64,000 nucleotides of DNA from an uncultured Solirubrobacterales bacterium (GTDB lineage Bacteria; Actinomycetota; Thermoleophilia; Solirubrobacterales; 70-9). The first letter of the stretch is position 1. Every line of letters begins with the position of its first letter. The translations under genes were made by a program, and so were the position numbers. Where the stretch lies: NCBI GenBank assembly GCA_963697695.1, contig OY969094.1:2415958-2479957 (forward strand). Direction: 5' to 3'. The notes beneath the pieces are model-generated. The model was not told the DNA's origin and did no database searches. It saw nothing but the letters and a program-made list of their open reading frames with translations. This document shows positions 9,584-18,182 of this stretch, in pieces.

Positions 9584-11752
9584 GTGATTATCCGCTTCAC
9601 ATTTCGGCCTAGATTCGCACCTCTGACGATGCTGTCCTTGGTGTGCATGGCCAGCATGGCAACCACTGCATCAGCTCAAGCTGCAGGCACTGGGGCACCT
9701 AGGGCTTTCCTCTTTCGTGCGGAGGTTTCCCGGTACGCACATGAGCACGAAATCCCGTTCCAGATTGCGGCCAAGCGGTTGGAATGGCAGCGCCTTGCTC
9801 CAAGCCTTCAGGAAAACGCAAGACAGCGGCTTGGCTCTAGTTTTGGAGGAGTTTGGATCGACAGTGGGAGCAATGGTCGAATTAAGCTGGGAATCACAGC
9901 TTTGAGTCCTGCATTGCTCACGCAGGCATATGCCACTGTAGCGAGTTCCGACCTCGCCGAAGCCGTGGACATTGTCCAGGTTCCCCACAGTGAAGCGAAA
10001 CTCAACGAAATCTCAGACTGGCTTGGTGCACGACTCGCCGACGTTAATACGGGTGCCAGGGCCACTCTTACGTTTGGAATTCTGCCCGACCTCAGCGTAG
10101 TCCGAATATCTCTTCCCCAAGGCACGATCCTTACCCACGCACAGCAGGAGCTTGTTGCCGACGCACAGAGAATCTATGGCAAGGCCATCACGACTGATTT
10201 CTATGAAGGTCGGATACAGCCAGAGGCATGCAGCTATCCGTTTTGTACATCACCGCTTAGGGCAGGAATTAAGGTAGGTCCATCTGGGGAAGAAGGATGC
10301 ACCGCTGCATTCCTAGCCCGAGGAAAAGAAGACGGCAAACTCTATCAGCTTACTGCGGGTCACTGCGACGCCGGAGCTGTAGGGTGGGGCACTAGATTCG
10401 CCAGCAAAGAACCTTGGGAAGAAATCGGGCCCTGGGCCAAAACCTCGATCAGTGAATCTGGGGATTCTGGTGTATATCAAGTAACCAATGACTTGGTGTG
10501 GAATGCACGTCCCTGGGTTTACTGGGCAGGAACTTCTGAAGGCTATCCAATCTTCTCGGATGCAGATCCTGTTAAAGGACAAGAAGTCTGCAAGAGTGGT
10601 GCTTTTTTTGGCACAACTAGCTGCGGTATAGTGACTGAAGTATCGGTCACTGTCGAATTCAATTACGGGCCCCCCATTGGCGTTAAAAAAGTAAAAGTTT
10701 TTCGGGCAAAATACTGTTCAGTCCCTGGCGATAGTGGATCACCTGTTCATTATTACGGCGTAGCGTATGGTATCCACACAGGAGGTTCAGGGGAATGCAA
10801 CAAGTACTTCTCTCGTATCCGTGCTGCAGAGGAAAAACTAAACGTCGATGTTAGGCATGAATCCGAATGCGACCCCTTGTTCGAATCGCCAATCAAGGTT
10901 GGCGATATGACCGGAGATGGAAAGGGGGATGTATTCCAGCTCCCCGGTGAAGGGAACGGCTGGGCATGGGAATCCAAAGGATCGAGCTATTCAGCGCTCG
11001 GGAAAATCGGCAGCGGGTTTGGAAGCACGTATCAGGACCGAGTTGGAGATATGGATGGAGACGGGGACGATGACCTTTTCCAGATGACCGATACGGGCGA
11101 TCTCTATGCATGGGAATCCAAAGGATCGAGCTATTCAGCGCTCGGGAAAATCGCGAGCGGCTTCGGCAGCGCTTGCGATACGCGACTGGCGGATATCAAT
11201 GGCGATTCGAAGGACGACATTCTTCGGTTTACCAACGATGGCTATGCCTACGGATGGCTCGACGGTAAAAGCGGCTACGAAGCACTGGGGCAAGTAGGAA
11301 CCGGGTTTGGCAGCACTTACCAGGATCGATCGGGCGACATGGATGGAGACGGGGACGATGATCTCTTCCAGATCACCGACGAAGGCAACGTCTATGTCTG
11401 GCACTCGAATGGGTCGAGCTACGCCGGCAAAGGCTTGGTGGCCACCGGTATTGGTAAAGCCTCCGAAGTCCGCATCGGCGACAGGGACGGAGACGGGGAC
11501 GATGATCTCTTCCAGATCACCAATGGCGGCGATGCATATGCATGGGAATCCAAAGGATCGAGCTATACCTATCTTGGGAAAGTAGGAACTGGATTTGGAT
11601 TGACTCGCGAAATCCGACTGGTCGATATTGACGGCGACTCGGATGCCGACATCCTCAAGTTCGCAGACGATGGATTTGCGTCTGCGTGGACCTTCAACGG
11701 CAAAACCTATACCTCGATCGGCAAAGTAGGCAGCGGGTTTGGGAAAGCATGA
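9584..11752 (+). CDS. secreted S1 (chymotrypsin/alpha-lytic-type) serine protease with a pro-region and six C-terminal FG-GAP/VCBS-like repeats
   Basis: Signal-like N-terminus. Catalytic motifs LTAGHC, DSGVYQV and GDSGSP. The C-terminal half has six ~48-aa repeats of the form GD(M/R/I)DGDGDDDLFQ...G..YAWESKGSSY..LGK.G.GFG. Confidence 0.8.
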   Translation: MIIRFTFRPRFAPLTMLSLVCMASMATTASAQAAGTGAPRAFLFRAEVSRYAHEHEIPFQIAAKRLEWQRLAPSLQENARQRLGSSFGGVWIDSGSNGRIKLGITALSPALLTQAYATVASSDLAEAVDIVQVPHSEAKLNEISDWLGARLADVNTGARATLTFGILPDLSVVRISLPQGTILTHAQQELVADAQRIYGKAITTDFYEGRIQPEACSYPFCTSPLRAGIKVGPSGEEGCTAAFLARGKEDGKLYQLTAGHCDAGAVGWGTRFASKEPWEEIGPWAKTSISESGDSGVYQVTNDLVWNARPWVYWAGTSEGYPIFSDADPVKGQEVCKSGAFFGTTSCGIVTEVSVTVEFNYGPPIGVKKVKVFRAKYCSVPGDSGSPVHYYGVAYGIHTGGSGECNKYFSRIRAAEEKLNVDVRHESECDPLFESPIKVGDMTGDGKGDVFQLPGEGNGWAWESKGSSYSALGKIGSGFGSTYQDRVGDMDGDGDDDLFQMTDTGDLYAWESKGSSYSALGKIASGFGSACDTRLADINGDSKDDILRFTNDGYAYGWLDGKSGYEALGQVGTGFGSTYQDRSGDMDGDGDDDLFQITDEGNVYVWHSNGSSYAGKGLVATGIGKASEVRIGDRDGDGDDDLFQITNGGDAYAWESKGSSYTYLGKVGTGFGLTREIRLVDIDGDSDADILKFADDGFASAWTFNGKTYTSIGKVGSGFGKA

Positions 11753-11819
11753 TTTGCCCATTCAGCACTACCAGAAACGTGAATAAGTAGCCGCTGGACA
11801 GAGCCCCGGTTTCGGCGAC

Positions 11820-12107
11820 TGGAGTGCCCCCGCTTTGACGGACACCTGAGCGCTGGGTCGTCTGGCCCAGCGGAAAGGATGTCCAGAGATGGAAAAGAGT
11901 GAAAGGGGCCGCGAGGGCCCTGGCCTACCCGCAGCGGATTAACGTCGGCGATCTTCGAGTGGATCGAGGTTTTCTACAACCGCGAGAGAAGACACTTCAC
12001 GCTGGGGTACCTCTCTCCCGAGCAGTATGAGCAAGAATCTCGATCCAAAGTTGAAAAGAAAGAGAGTCGACCAAATCAAGCGTGTCCGGAGAAGCGGGGG
12101 CACTCCA
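11820..12107 (+). mobile_element. 288-bp internally deleted IS3-family (IS407-like ends) element
   Basis: Ends are TGGAGTGCCCCCGCTTTGACGGACAC (11820-11845) and GTGTCCGGAGAAGCGGGGGCACTCCA (12082-12107). They form a TG...CA inverted repeat with 22 of 26 positions matching. The interior carries only the 3' end of a transposase orfB. Confidence 0.7.
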
Positions 12108-12130
12108 CGCCTAGTTGGAGTCGAAGATGA
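11936..12130 (+). pseudogene. IS3-family transposase C-terminal fragment
   Basis: Translation ...AIFEWIEVFYNRERRHFTLGYLSPEQYE... is the conserved tail of the rve domain of IS3 OrfB. There is no upstream catalytic region or start codon. Confidence 0.7.
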
Positions 12131-12321
12131 ACGAGCCACCAAAACGAACTTGCTACGACTGCGGAGGGGTTGGGACTAAGACCTGCCCTGTATGTCAGGG
12201 GTATCGTTTTTGTCAGAATCCGAACCCGCCCCCACCTGACGTCGCCTGTACCGTGTGCGGAGCTGCTGGGCAGGTCTTTTGTAATAACTGCAGCGGGAGA
12301 GGGTGGGTCTACGGCTCGTAG
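12127..12321 (+). CDS. stand-alone DnaJ-type cysteine-rich zinc-finger miniprotein (64 aa)
   Basis: Four CxxCxGxG-like units: CYDCGGVG, CPVCQGYR, CTVCGAAG, CNNCSGRG. ATG at 12127 (a TTG at 12115 is listed). Confidence 0.5.
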   Translation: MNEPPKRTCYDCGGVGTKTCPVCQGYRFCQNPNPPPPDVACTVCGAAGQVFCNNCSGRGWVYGS

Positions 12322-12492
12322 CCCGAGTCCAGGCCGCCAACGCTTCTAGCTGGCAAGCCATGGACCCAGCGGGCATAGGTCTTGTATCGAATTCGCGCCG
12401 CGACCGAGTCGTTGTGTGGCTCAATCCGGACGCTCGCTGACGGGGCAAAAGGGCCGGAATGCAACCGAGGTCGAGCAACAAGTTGGACCGTA

Positions 12493-12558
12493 CCCTGCCT
12501 CAATAGAAACCTTAGTAAGACCCGAAACCTATCGGCGATATCGGATGAATCTGACTTT
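12493..12558 (+). repeat. AT-rich conserved element, copy C
   Basis: CCCTGCCTCAATAGAAACCTTAGTAAGACCCGAAACCTATCGGCGATATCGGATGAATCTGACTTTG. Confidence 0.8.
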
Positions 12559-12701
12559 GATCAGCCTCGGGACGGCCTTCGAGGCCTCAGTCCATGCAGT
12601 CGCTGTTGCTCTGGACTTCGGGGGACACTTTCTCTACGAGCGCCTCCAGCGTTGAGGTTGCAGAGCGTGGACTCGAAGTGGTCCAGGTGTCCGCGGCCTA
12701 A

Positions 12702-12731
12702 CTATTGATCAAATAGATGTCTATTGATCAA
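12702..12731 (+). promoter_or_regulatory. two direct copies of CTATTGATCAA (19-nt period), candidate operator
   Basis: Copies at 12702-12712 and 12721-12731, each containing the palindrome TTGATCAA, 36 nt upstream of the GTG at 12767, in an AT-rich patch. Confidence 0.35.
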
Positions 12732-12766
12732 CAGATGCCTTTTACAAAGGTCTAGCTTCGCATGAC

Positions 12767-13558
12767 GTGCTGGGGAGAGGCAACCGATTGGGAGCTGGGA
12801 GGCTCGGGGTGGCGATCGTGCTGGGTTGCGCGATCGCTCTGGTCGTCGTAGCCGTTGCCGGCGGCGGTTCTACGCCTGCCCCGGACACCGGGGAACGTCG
12901 AGCCCCAGAGTTCGCAGCCGATGCTTCCGGCAGTGAATTCAGACTCGCCAGGGATGAGCCGGCTCGTTCAACGCGATCTGCCGCCGACTCTAAGCACTGG
13001 TCCCCAGTCTTCAATGATGAAGCTCTTCCTTGCACCGCCCCGCGCGAGCCCGTCAACTTCGAAACCTTCTCCGTGGGTCCGTCCATTGAGGGGCTAGCCC
13101 TGACTCATGCCGAACGACGCTGCGGCGGCGGTCCGGTTGCTACGCGCGTCAACTACGTCTCCTACATATATGGCGACTGTGAGATCTCCGACGGCGCGAC
13201 TGGTTGCCAGCCTCCGCTCGAGATACAGACCTGGCCCGCATGCCAGCGCTTTCTCGCCAAGTACTCCTTCAGAGGTAGGCCGCTGCCGCACAGGTTTCTG
13301 CCGGGCCCCAGCGGCGCCAAGGTGGTCGAATTCAACTTCGCCTTTGACAAGCGCATCGAGGTCTACACCGGCTCCGCCACGGTGGTGATCTTCGCTACCG
13401 ACCGGGCTCGCGCCATCGAAGCGGTGGAGATGCTTCGTCTGGAGGGGAGGCGGGAGCCGCCCGCGAGCAACTCAACGGAATTGGACAGCGGCCTCCCGGA
13501 CAGGCTCGAACCGCCCGCGCAGGGCTCGATGGAAGGGAACCTCTCATGCCAAGCCTAA
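12767..13558 (+). CDS. membrane-anchored/secreted hypothetical protein
   Basis: N-terminal hydrophobic segment LGVAIVLGCAIALVVVAVAGGG. Overlaps the next gene by 13 nt, suggesting an operon. No recognisable domain. Confidence 0.5.
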   Translation: MLGRGNRLGAGRLGVAIVLGCAIALVVVAVAGGGSTPAPDTGERRAPEFAADASGSEFRLARDEPARSTRSAADSKHWSPVFNDEALPCTAPREPVNFETFSVGPSIEGLALTHAERRCGGGPVATRVNYVSYIYGDCEISDGATGCQPPLEIQTWPACQRFLAKYSFRGRPLPHRFLPGPSGAKVVEFNFAFDKRIEVYTGSATVVIFATDRARAIEAVEMLRLEGRREPPASNSTELDSGLPDRLEPPAQGSMEGNLSCQA

Positions 13559-16500
13559 GCTCCAATCGCTCACCAGTCGGCATCGCGGCGGCTGTCGCAG
13601 TGACGGTGTTGATGGCAATCGTTCTCTTCGGGTCGCCCGCCGCCACTGCGGAAACCATCGGAGAAGAAGACGTCCAATGGGGATGGGGGGTCGGTGAGGG
13701 CCCGGCCGGAGACTACGACTTCCCCAGCGACGATTGCACGGGCAACCACACCGATCCCGTCGGAGTGCTCTTCATCGGAAAGAGGGCCGGGGTGACGAGC
13801 GTCCAGAGACATATCGAAATCCATAATCGCTGGGATGCGGGTGTCGGCGACACGGGTTCCAATCACTCTCTGTTCGTTCGCAACGATGAAGGAGGGCTCG
13901 AATGCAAAGAGATGGACGCGTCGAGCGCAAATGCCGACGACGCCAGCGATCGAATGCACGTGCGCCTTTGGCACATACCCGCCACCGAGTCTCCCCAGGT
14001 GATGACGGTCGGCACCCCCCATCACGAGGATTTTGTCGTCGGCAACGGTTGCAATACGCATGCGGTCGATCCCAACGGATCGGTCGGAACGAACCACGGG
14101 CCGAATGCGAGCGGCTTCGACTGGGCACGCCACGAGCTCAAGTGGTACTTCTCGCTCCCCAACTCCTGGCACCCCAGTCACTTCCCACAGCATTACGGCG
14201 GAAGGCACCACGTTGAAACCGAGTATTGGGGCAACAGCGCGAACTTCACCCAATGCACGGGCAAAAAAGCCGGGAGCGACGGGTTCGGCGTGGTCATCTG
14301 GATCAATCGCAAGACCGATCCGAGAACCCAGCCGGCATCTGCCTCGCAGAGCAACGCGACACTGTTGGGCGGATTCCAGGGCGATGGAACGACCAACGAA
14401 TGGTGGTTCGGCTACGGGACCAAATCCGCTCAGGGACCCTCGGGATATCAGAAAACGACCTCAGTCAAAACGAGCTCCGCAGTAGCCGAGGTCTCCGTCA
14501 ACGCACCGGTCTCCGACCTGAAGCCGAACACGAGGTATTACGCGAGGCTGTTCATCAAAACCGCCGAAGGCGAGGTTGAGGAAGGAGACGAGGTCGCATT
14601 CACGACCCAGGCGCCCCCGATCGCCGCCTACTCCTTCGACGCAGGCGAAGGGACGCTCGCCGAGGACTCCGCCGGCGGCCACGACGGCACCATCAAAGGC
14701 GCCCAGTGGGTCCGCGGCAAGTTCGGCGGCTCACTCTCCTTCGACGGCGAAAACGACTGCATCTCGGTCCCCGAAAGCGCCCAGCTGCAGTTCCTCGAAG
14801 ACGAAGAATTCACCCTCGAGGCCTGGGTGCGGCCCAAGGACGGGGAAGAAATCCAGGCGATCGTCACCCAGGAAGACGACAGCGCAGCCGAAGAAGAAAG
14901 GCCTTTCTCCTACTCGCTGCTGGTGGGCGGCGAAGAACCCCCCAAGGGCTGGCTGCGAAAAAGCGGCGAAAGCGGCCACATCGTGGTTGCCGAAGGCGAA
15001 CCGCTGCCGCTGAACGCCTGGTCGCACATCGCCTTCGTCAACGACGGCGCGACCCTGCGCTTCTACGTCAACGGCGAGCTCAGCGCCGAGCGGTCCACCC
15101 TCCCGCTTGCGGCTGCCGAAGGGCCGCTGACGATCGGTTGCCTCGACAACATGGGCATCTTCTTCGACGGCCGCATCGACGAGGTCCGCGTCTATGACCG
15201 GGCGCTCGAGGCCGGGGAAGTGGCCACCGACAGGTCGACGCCGATCGTGACGCCACGAGCCGGGCCTGTTGCGGCCTACTCCTTTGACAGAGGTCAGGGT
15301 CAGATTGCTGACGATCTCGTGGGAGAGCATCACGGCACCATCAAAGGCGCCCAGTGGGTCCGCGGCAAGTTCGGCGGCTCACTCTCCTTCGACGGCGAAA
15401 ACGACTGCATCTCGGTCCCCGAAAGCGCCCAGCTGCAGTTCCTCGAAGACGAAGAATTCACCCTCGAGGCCTGGGTGCGGCCCAAGGACGGGGAAGAAAT
15501 CCAGGCGATCGTCACCCAGGAAGACGACAGCGCAGCCGAAGAAGAAAGGCCTTTCTCCTACTCGCTGCTGGTGGGCGGCGAAGAACCCCCCAAGGGCTGG
15601 CTGCGAAAAAGCGGCGAAAGCGGCCACATCGTGGTTGCCGAAGGCGAACCGCTGCCGCTGAACGCCTGGTCGCACATCGCCTTCGTCAACGACGGCGCGA
15701 CCCTGCGCTTCTACGTCAACGGCGAGCTCAGCGCCGAGCGGTCCACCCTCCCGCTTGCGGCTGCCGAAGGGCCGCTGACGATCGGTTGCCTCGACAACAT
15801 GGGCATCTTCTTCGACGGCCGCATCGACGAGGTCCGCGTCTATGACCGGGCGCTCGAGGCCGGGGAAGTGGCCACCGACAGGTCGACGCCGATCGTGACG
15901 CCCCAGGCGCCCCCGATCGCCGCCTACTCCTTCGACGCAGGCGAAGGGACGCTCGCCGAGGACTCCGCCGGCGGCCACGACGGCACCATCAAAGGCGCCC
16001 AGTGGGTCCGCGGCAAGTTCGGCGGCTCACTCTCCTTCGACGGCGAAAACGACTGCATCTCGGTCCCCGAAAGCGCCCAGCTGCAGTTCCTCGAAGACGA
16101 AGAATTCACCCTCGAGGCCTGGGTGCGGCCCAAGGACGGGGAAGAAATCCAGGCGATCGTCACCCAGGAAGACGACAGCGCAGCCGAAGAAGAAAGGCCT
16201 TTCTCCTACTCGCTGCTGGTGGGCGGCGAAGAACCCCCCAAGGGCTGGCTGCGAAAAAGCGGCGAAAGCGGCCACATCGTGGTTGCCGAAGGCGAACCGC
16301 TGCCGCTGAACGCCTGGTCGCACATCGCCTTCGTCAACGACGGCGCGACCCTGCGCTTCTACGTCAACGGCGAGCTCAGCGCCGAGCGGTCCACCCTCCC
16401 GCTTGCGGCTGCCGAAGGGCCGCTGACGATCGGTTGCCTCGACAACATGGGCATCTTCTTCGACGGCCGCATCGACGAGGTCCGCGTCTATGACCGGGCG

Positions 16501-17199
16501 CTCGAGGCCGGGGAAGTGGCCACCGACAGGTCGACGCCGATCGTGACGCCACGAGCCGGGCCTGTTGCGGCCTACTCCTTTGACAGAGGTCAGGGTCAGA
16601 TTGCTGACGATCTCGTGGGAGAGCATCACGGCACCATCAAAGGCGCCCAGTGGGTCCGCGGCAAGTTCGGCGGCTCACTCTCCTTCGACGGCGAAAACGA
16701 CTGCATCTCGGTCCCCGAAAGCGCCCAGCTGCAGTTCCTCGAAGACGAAGAATTCACCCTCGAGGCCTGGGTGCGGCCCAAGGACGGGGAAGAAATCCAG
16801 GCGATCGTCACCCAGGAAGACGACAGCGCAGCCGAAGAAGAAAGGCCTTTCTCCTACTCGCTGCTGGTGGGCGGCGAAGAACCCCCCAAGGGCTGGCTGC
16901 GAAAAAGCGGCGAAAGCGGCCACATCGTGGTTGCCGAAGGCGAACCGCTGCCGCTGAACGCCTGGTCGCACATCGCCTTCGTCAACGACGGCGCGACCCT
17001 GCGCTTCTACGTCAACGGCGAGCTCAGCGCCGAGCGGTCCACCCTCCCGCTTGCGGCTGCCGAAGGGCCGCTGACGATCGGTTGCCTCGACAACATGGGC
17101 ATCTTCTTCGACGGCCGCATCGACGAGGTCCGCGTCTATGACCGGGCGCTCGAGGCCGGGGAAGTGGCCACCGACAAGGGGTCGCCGATCGAAGGGTGA
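13546..17199 (+). CDS. secreted protein with an N-terminal unknown region, an FN3-like domain and four tandem LamG (concanavalin-A-like lectin) domains
   Basis: Signal-like N-terminus. Each repeat has the LamG_3-type pattern (G..W.H.A.V.DG..LR.YVNGEL.......G.L.IG......FFDGRIDEVRVYDRAL). The FN3-like segment ends ...LKPNTRYYARLFIKTAEGEVEEGDEVAFTT. Confidence 0.7.
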   Translation: MPSLSSNRSPVGIAAAVAVTVLMAIVLFGSPAATAETIGEEDVQWGWGVGEGPAGDYDFPSDDCTGNHTDPVGVLFIGKRAGVTSVQRHIEIHNRWDAGVGDTGSNHSLFVRNDEGGLECKEMDASSANADDASDRMHVRLWHIPATESPQVMTVGTPHHEDFVVGNGCNTHAVDPNGSVGTNHGPNASGFDWARHELKWYFSLPNSWHPSHFPQHYGGRHHVETEYWGNSANFTQCTGKKAGSDGFGVVIWINRKTDPRTQPASASQSNATLLGGFQGDGTTNEWWFGYGTKSAQGPSGYQKTTSVKTSSAVAEVSVNAPVSDLKPNTRYYARLFIKTAEGEVEEGDEVAFTTQAPPIAAYSFDAGEGTLAEDSAGGHDGTIKGAQWVRGKFGGSLSFDGENDCISVPESAQLQFLEDEEFTLEAWVRPKDGEEIQAIVTQEDDSAAEEERPFSYSLLVGGEEPPKGWLRKSGESGHIVVAEGEPLPLNAWSHIAFVNDGATLRFYVNGELSAERSTLPLAAAEGPLTIGCLDNMGIFFDGRIDEVRVYDRALEAGEVATDRSTPIVTPRAGPVAAYSFDRGQGQIADDLVGEHHGTIKGAQWVRGKFGGSLSFDGENDCISVPESAQLQFLEDEEFTLEAWVRPKDGEEIQAIVTQEDDSAAEEERPFSYSLLVGGEEPPKGWLRKSGESGHIVVAEGEPLPLNAWSHIAFVNDGATLRFYVNGELSAERSTLPLAAAEGPLTIGCLDNMGIFFDGRIDEVRVYDRALEAGEVATDRSTPIVTPQAPPIAAYSFDAGEGTLAEDSAGGHDGTIKGAQWVRGKFGGSLSFDGENDCISVPESAQLQFLEDEEFTLEAWVRPKDGEEIQAIVTQEDDSAAEEERPFSYSLLVGGEEPPKGWLRKSGESGHIVVAEGEPLPLNAWSHIAFVNDGATLRFYVNGELSAERSTLPLAAAEGPLTIGCLDNMGIFFDGRIDEVRVYDRALEAGEVATDRSTPIVTPRAGPVAAYSFDRGQGQIADDLVGEHHGTIKGAQWVRGKFGGSLSFDGENDCISVPESAQLQFLEDEEFTLEAWVRPKDGEEIQAIVTQEDDSAAEEERPFSYSLLVGGEEPPKGWLRKSGESGHIVVAEGEPLPLNAWSHIAFVNDGATLRFYVNGELSAERSTLPLAAAEGPLTIGCLDNMGIFFDGRIDEVRVYDRALEAGEVATDKGSPIEG
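14608..17176 (+). repeat. in-frame tandem duplication: a 1296-bp unit repeated twice (the second copy about 25 bp short), each unit made of two 648-bp LamG-encoding subrepeats
   Basis: CAGGCGCCCCCGATCGCC starts at 14608 and again at 15904. All six-frame ORFs recur unchanged at +648 or +1296 (for example 14706, 15354, 16002, 16650; minus strand 14731-15333 equals 16027-16629). Confidence 0.9.
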
Positions 17200-17255
17200 C
17201 CAGCGACCTGGTTTACGCGTCTCCACCCTAGGACCAGCGCCGCACGGCTCACGGC

Positions 17256-17468
17256 TCAGTCCCAAGCGGCGAGGGCGTCATCGACGCTCTCAAAGACAGC
17301 CCGTTCTGGGTGAGACCCGTGATTGAAAGAACTCAATGCACCTGCGTCGAGCAGCCGTAAACAGCGATTCGCTGCCCCTGTCCCGCCATTCTGATTGTAG
17401 GCGTGGATGATCACCGCAATGGCCGTGGAGTCGATGAACTCAGGTTTGAGAGAGGTCGAATTCGGCTG
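17256..17468 (-). pseudogene. STAS-domain (anti-sigma-factor antagonist-like) C-terminal fragment
   Basis: Translation ...PEFIDSTAIAVIIHAYNQNGGTGAANRCLRLLDAG.....VFESVDDALAAWD*. There is no start codon. It begins directly, in frame, after the TAA of the upstream membrane-protein gene. Confidence 0.45.
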
Positions 17469-17873
17469 TTAGCTGAGCTTGTCCCGGAGCCTGCGGACCC
17501 ATCTTTCGGAGACCATCCGATCGAATACGGCGCGCAGCAAGAAGCCGAGCGAGTAGATGGCGAGCAGGAATCCGGTCCCGAAGATGACGAGGGCTGGGTA
17601 GGGATCCTCGTGGAAGGGATAGACGTAGTCGGTCGCTTCGTGCAGGTAGAACTCGACGGCGAAGGGGACAAGGGCAAGCGATAGCGCCCACCAGCGGTTG
17701 ACGAGCGCGACCGCGAGGACCGGGAGGACAAAAAATGCCCAGTCAACAGTAGTGCTGAACACGATCGTGCCGAGCGCCCCGTTTCGGTCGAGATCGGACG
17801 CACTCGCGTAGGTGTAGGCCCCCACCCCAAGTGCCGCGACAATGATGATGGCTCCACGACCGACGTTGCTCAT
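17469..17873 (-). CDS. small integral membrane protein (about 134 aa)
   Basis: From MSNVGRGAIIIVAALGVGAYTY... there are four hydrophobic segments. The upstream part of the listed ORF (to 17993) looks non-coding. Confidence 0.5.
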   Translation of the reverse strand: MSNVGRGAIIIVAALGVGAYTYASASDLDRNGALGTIVFSTTVDWAFFVLPVLAVALVNRWWALSLALVPFAVEFYLHEATDYVYPFHEDPYPALVIFGTGFLLAIYSLGFLLRAVFDRMVSERWVRRLRDKLS

Positions 17874-18182
17874 TCGGAAGGAGTACCCCTGAGGCCTTGA
17901 TTGGTTGCCGGCGCTACCGTGGACCGCGGAGATTCTCATTCGTCCACGAGGGCCGGGAGGGAATCTTTCAAGGCAGGAAGGGCTACCGGTCAAGCACTGA
18001 CGAGTGGTTAGGCAGTGAGCATGAAAGGCAGCTGGACTGCCTCCGGGCTCTCAGATCGATCCCCCGGGGGGATGGCAGACAGACACATCGAGACCGGCTC
18101 GATCATGCCGACTGCCAACAACGCCTTCCGCGAATGCGGCTGGTAGACCGCCTAAGGGGACTGCGAAGCTGCGCCATCTCTT

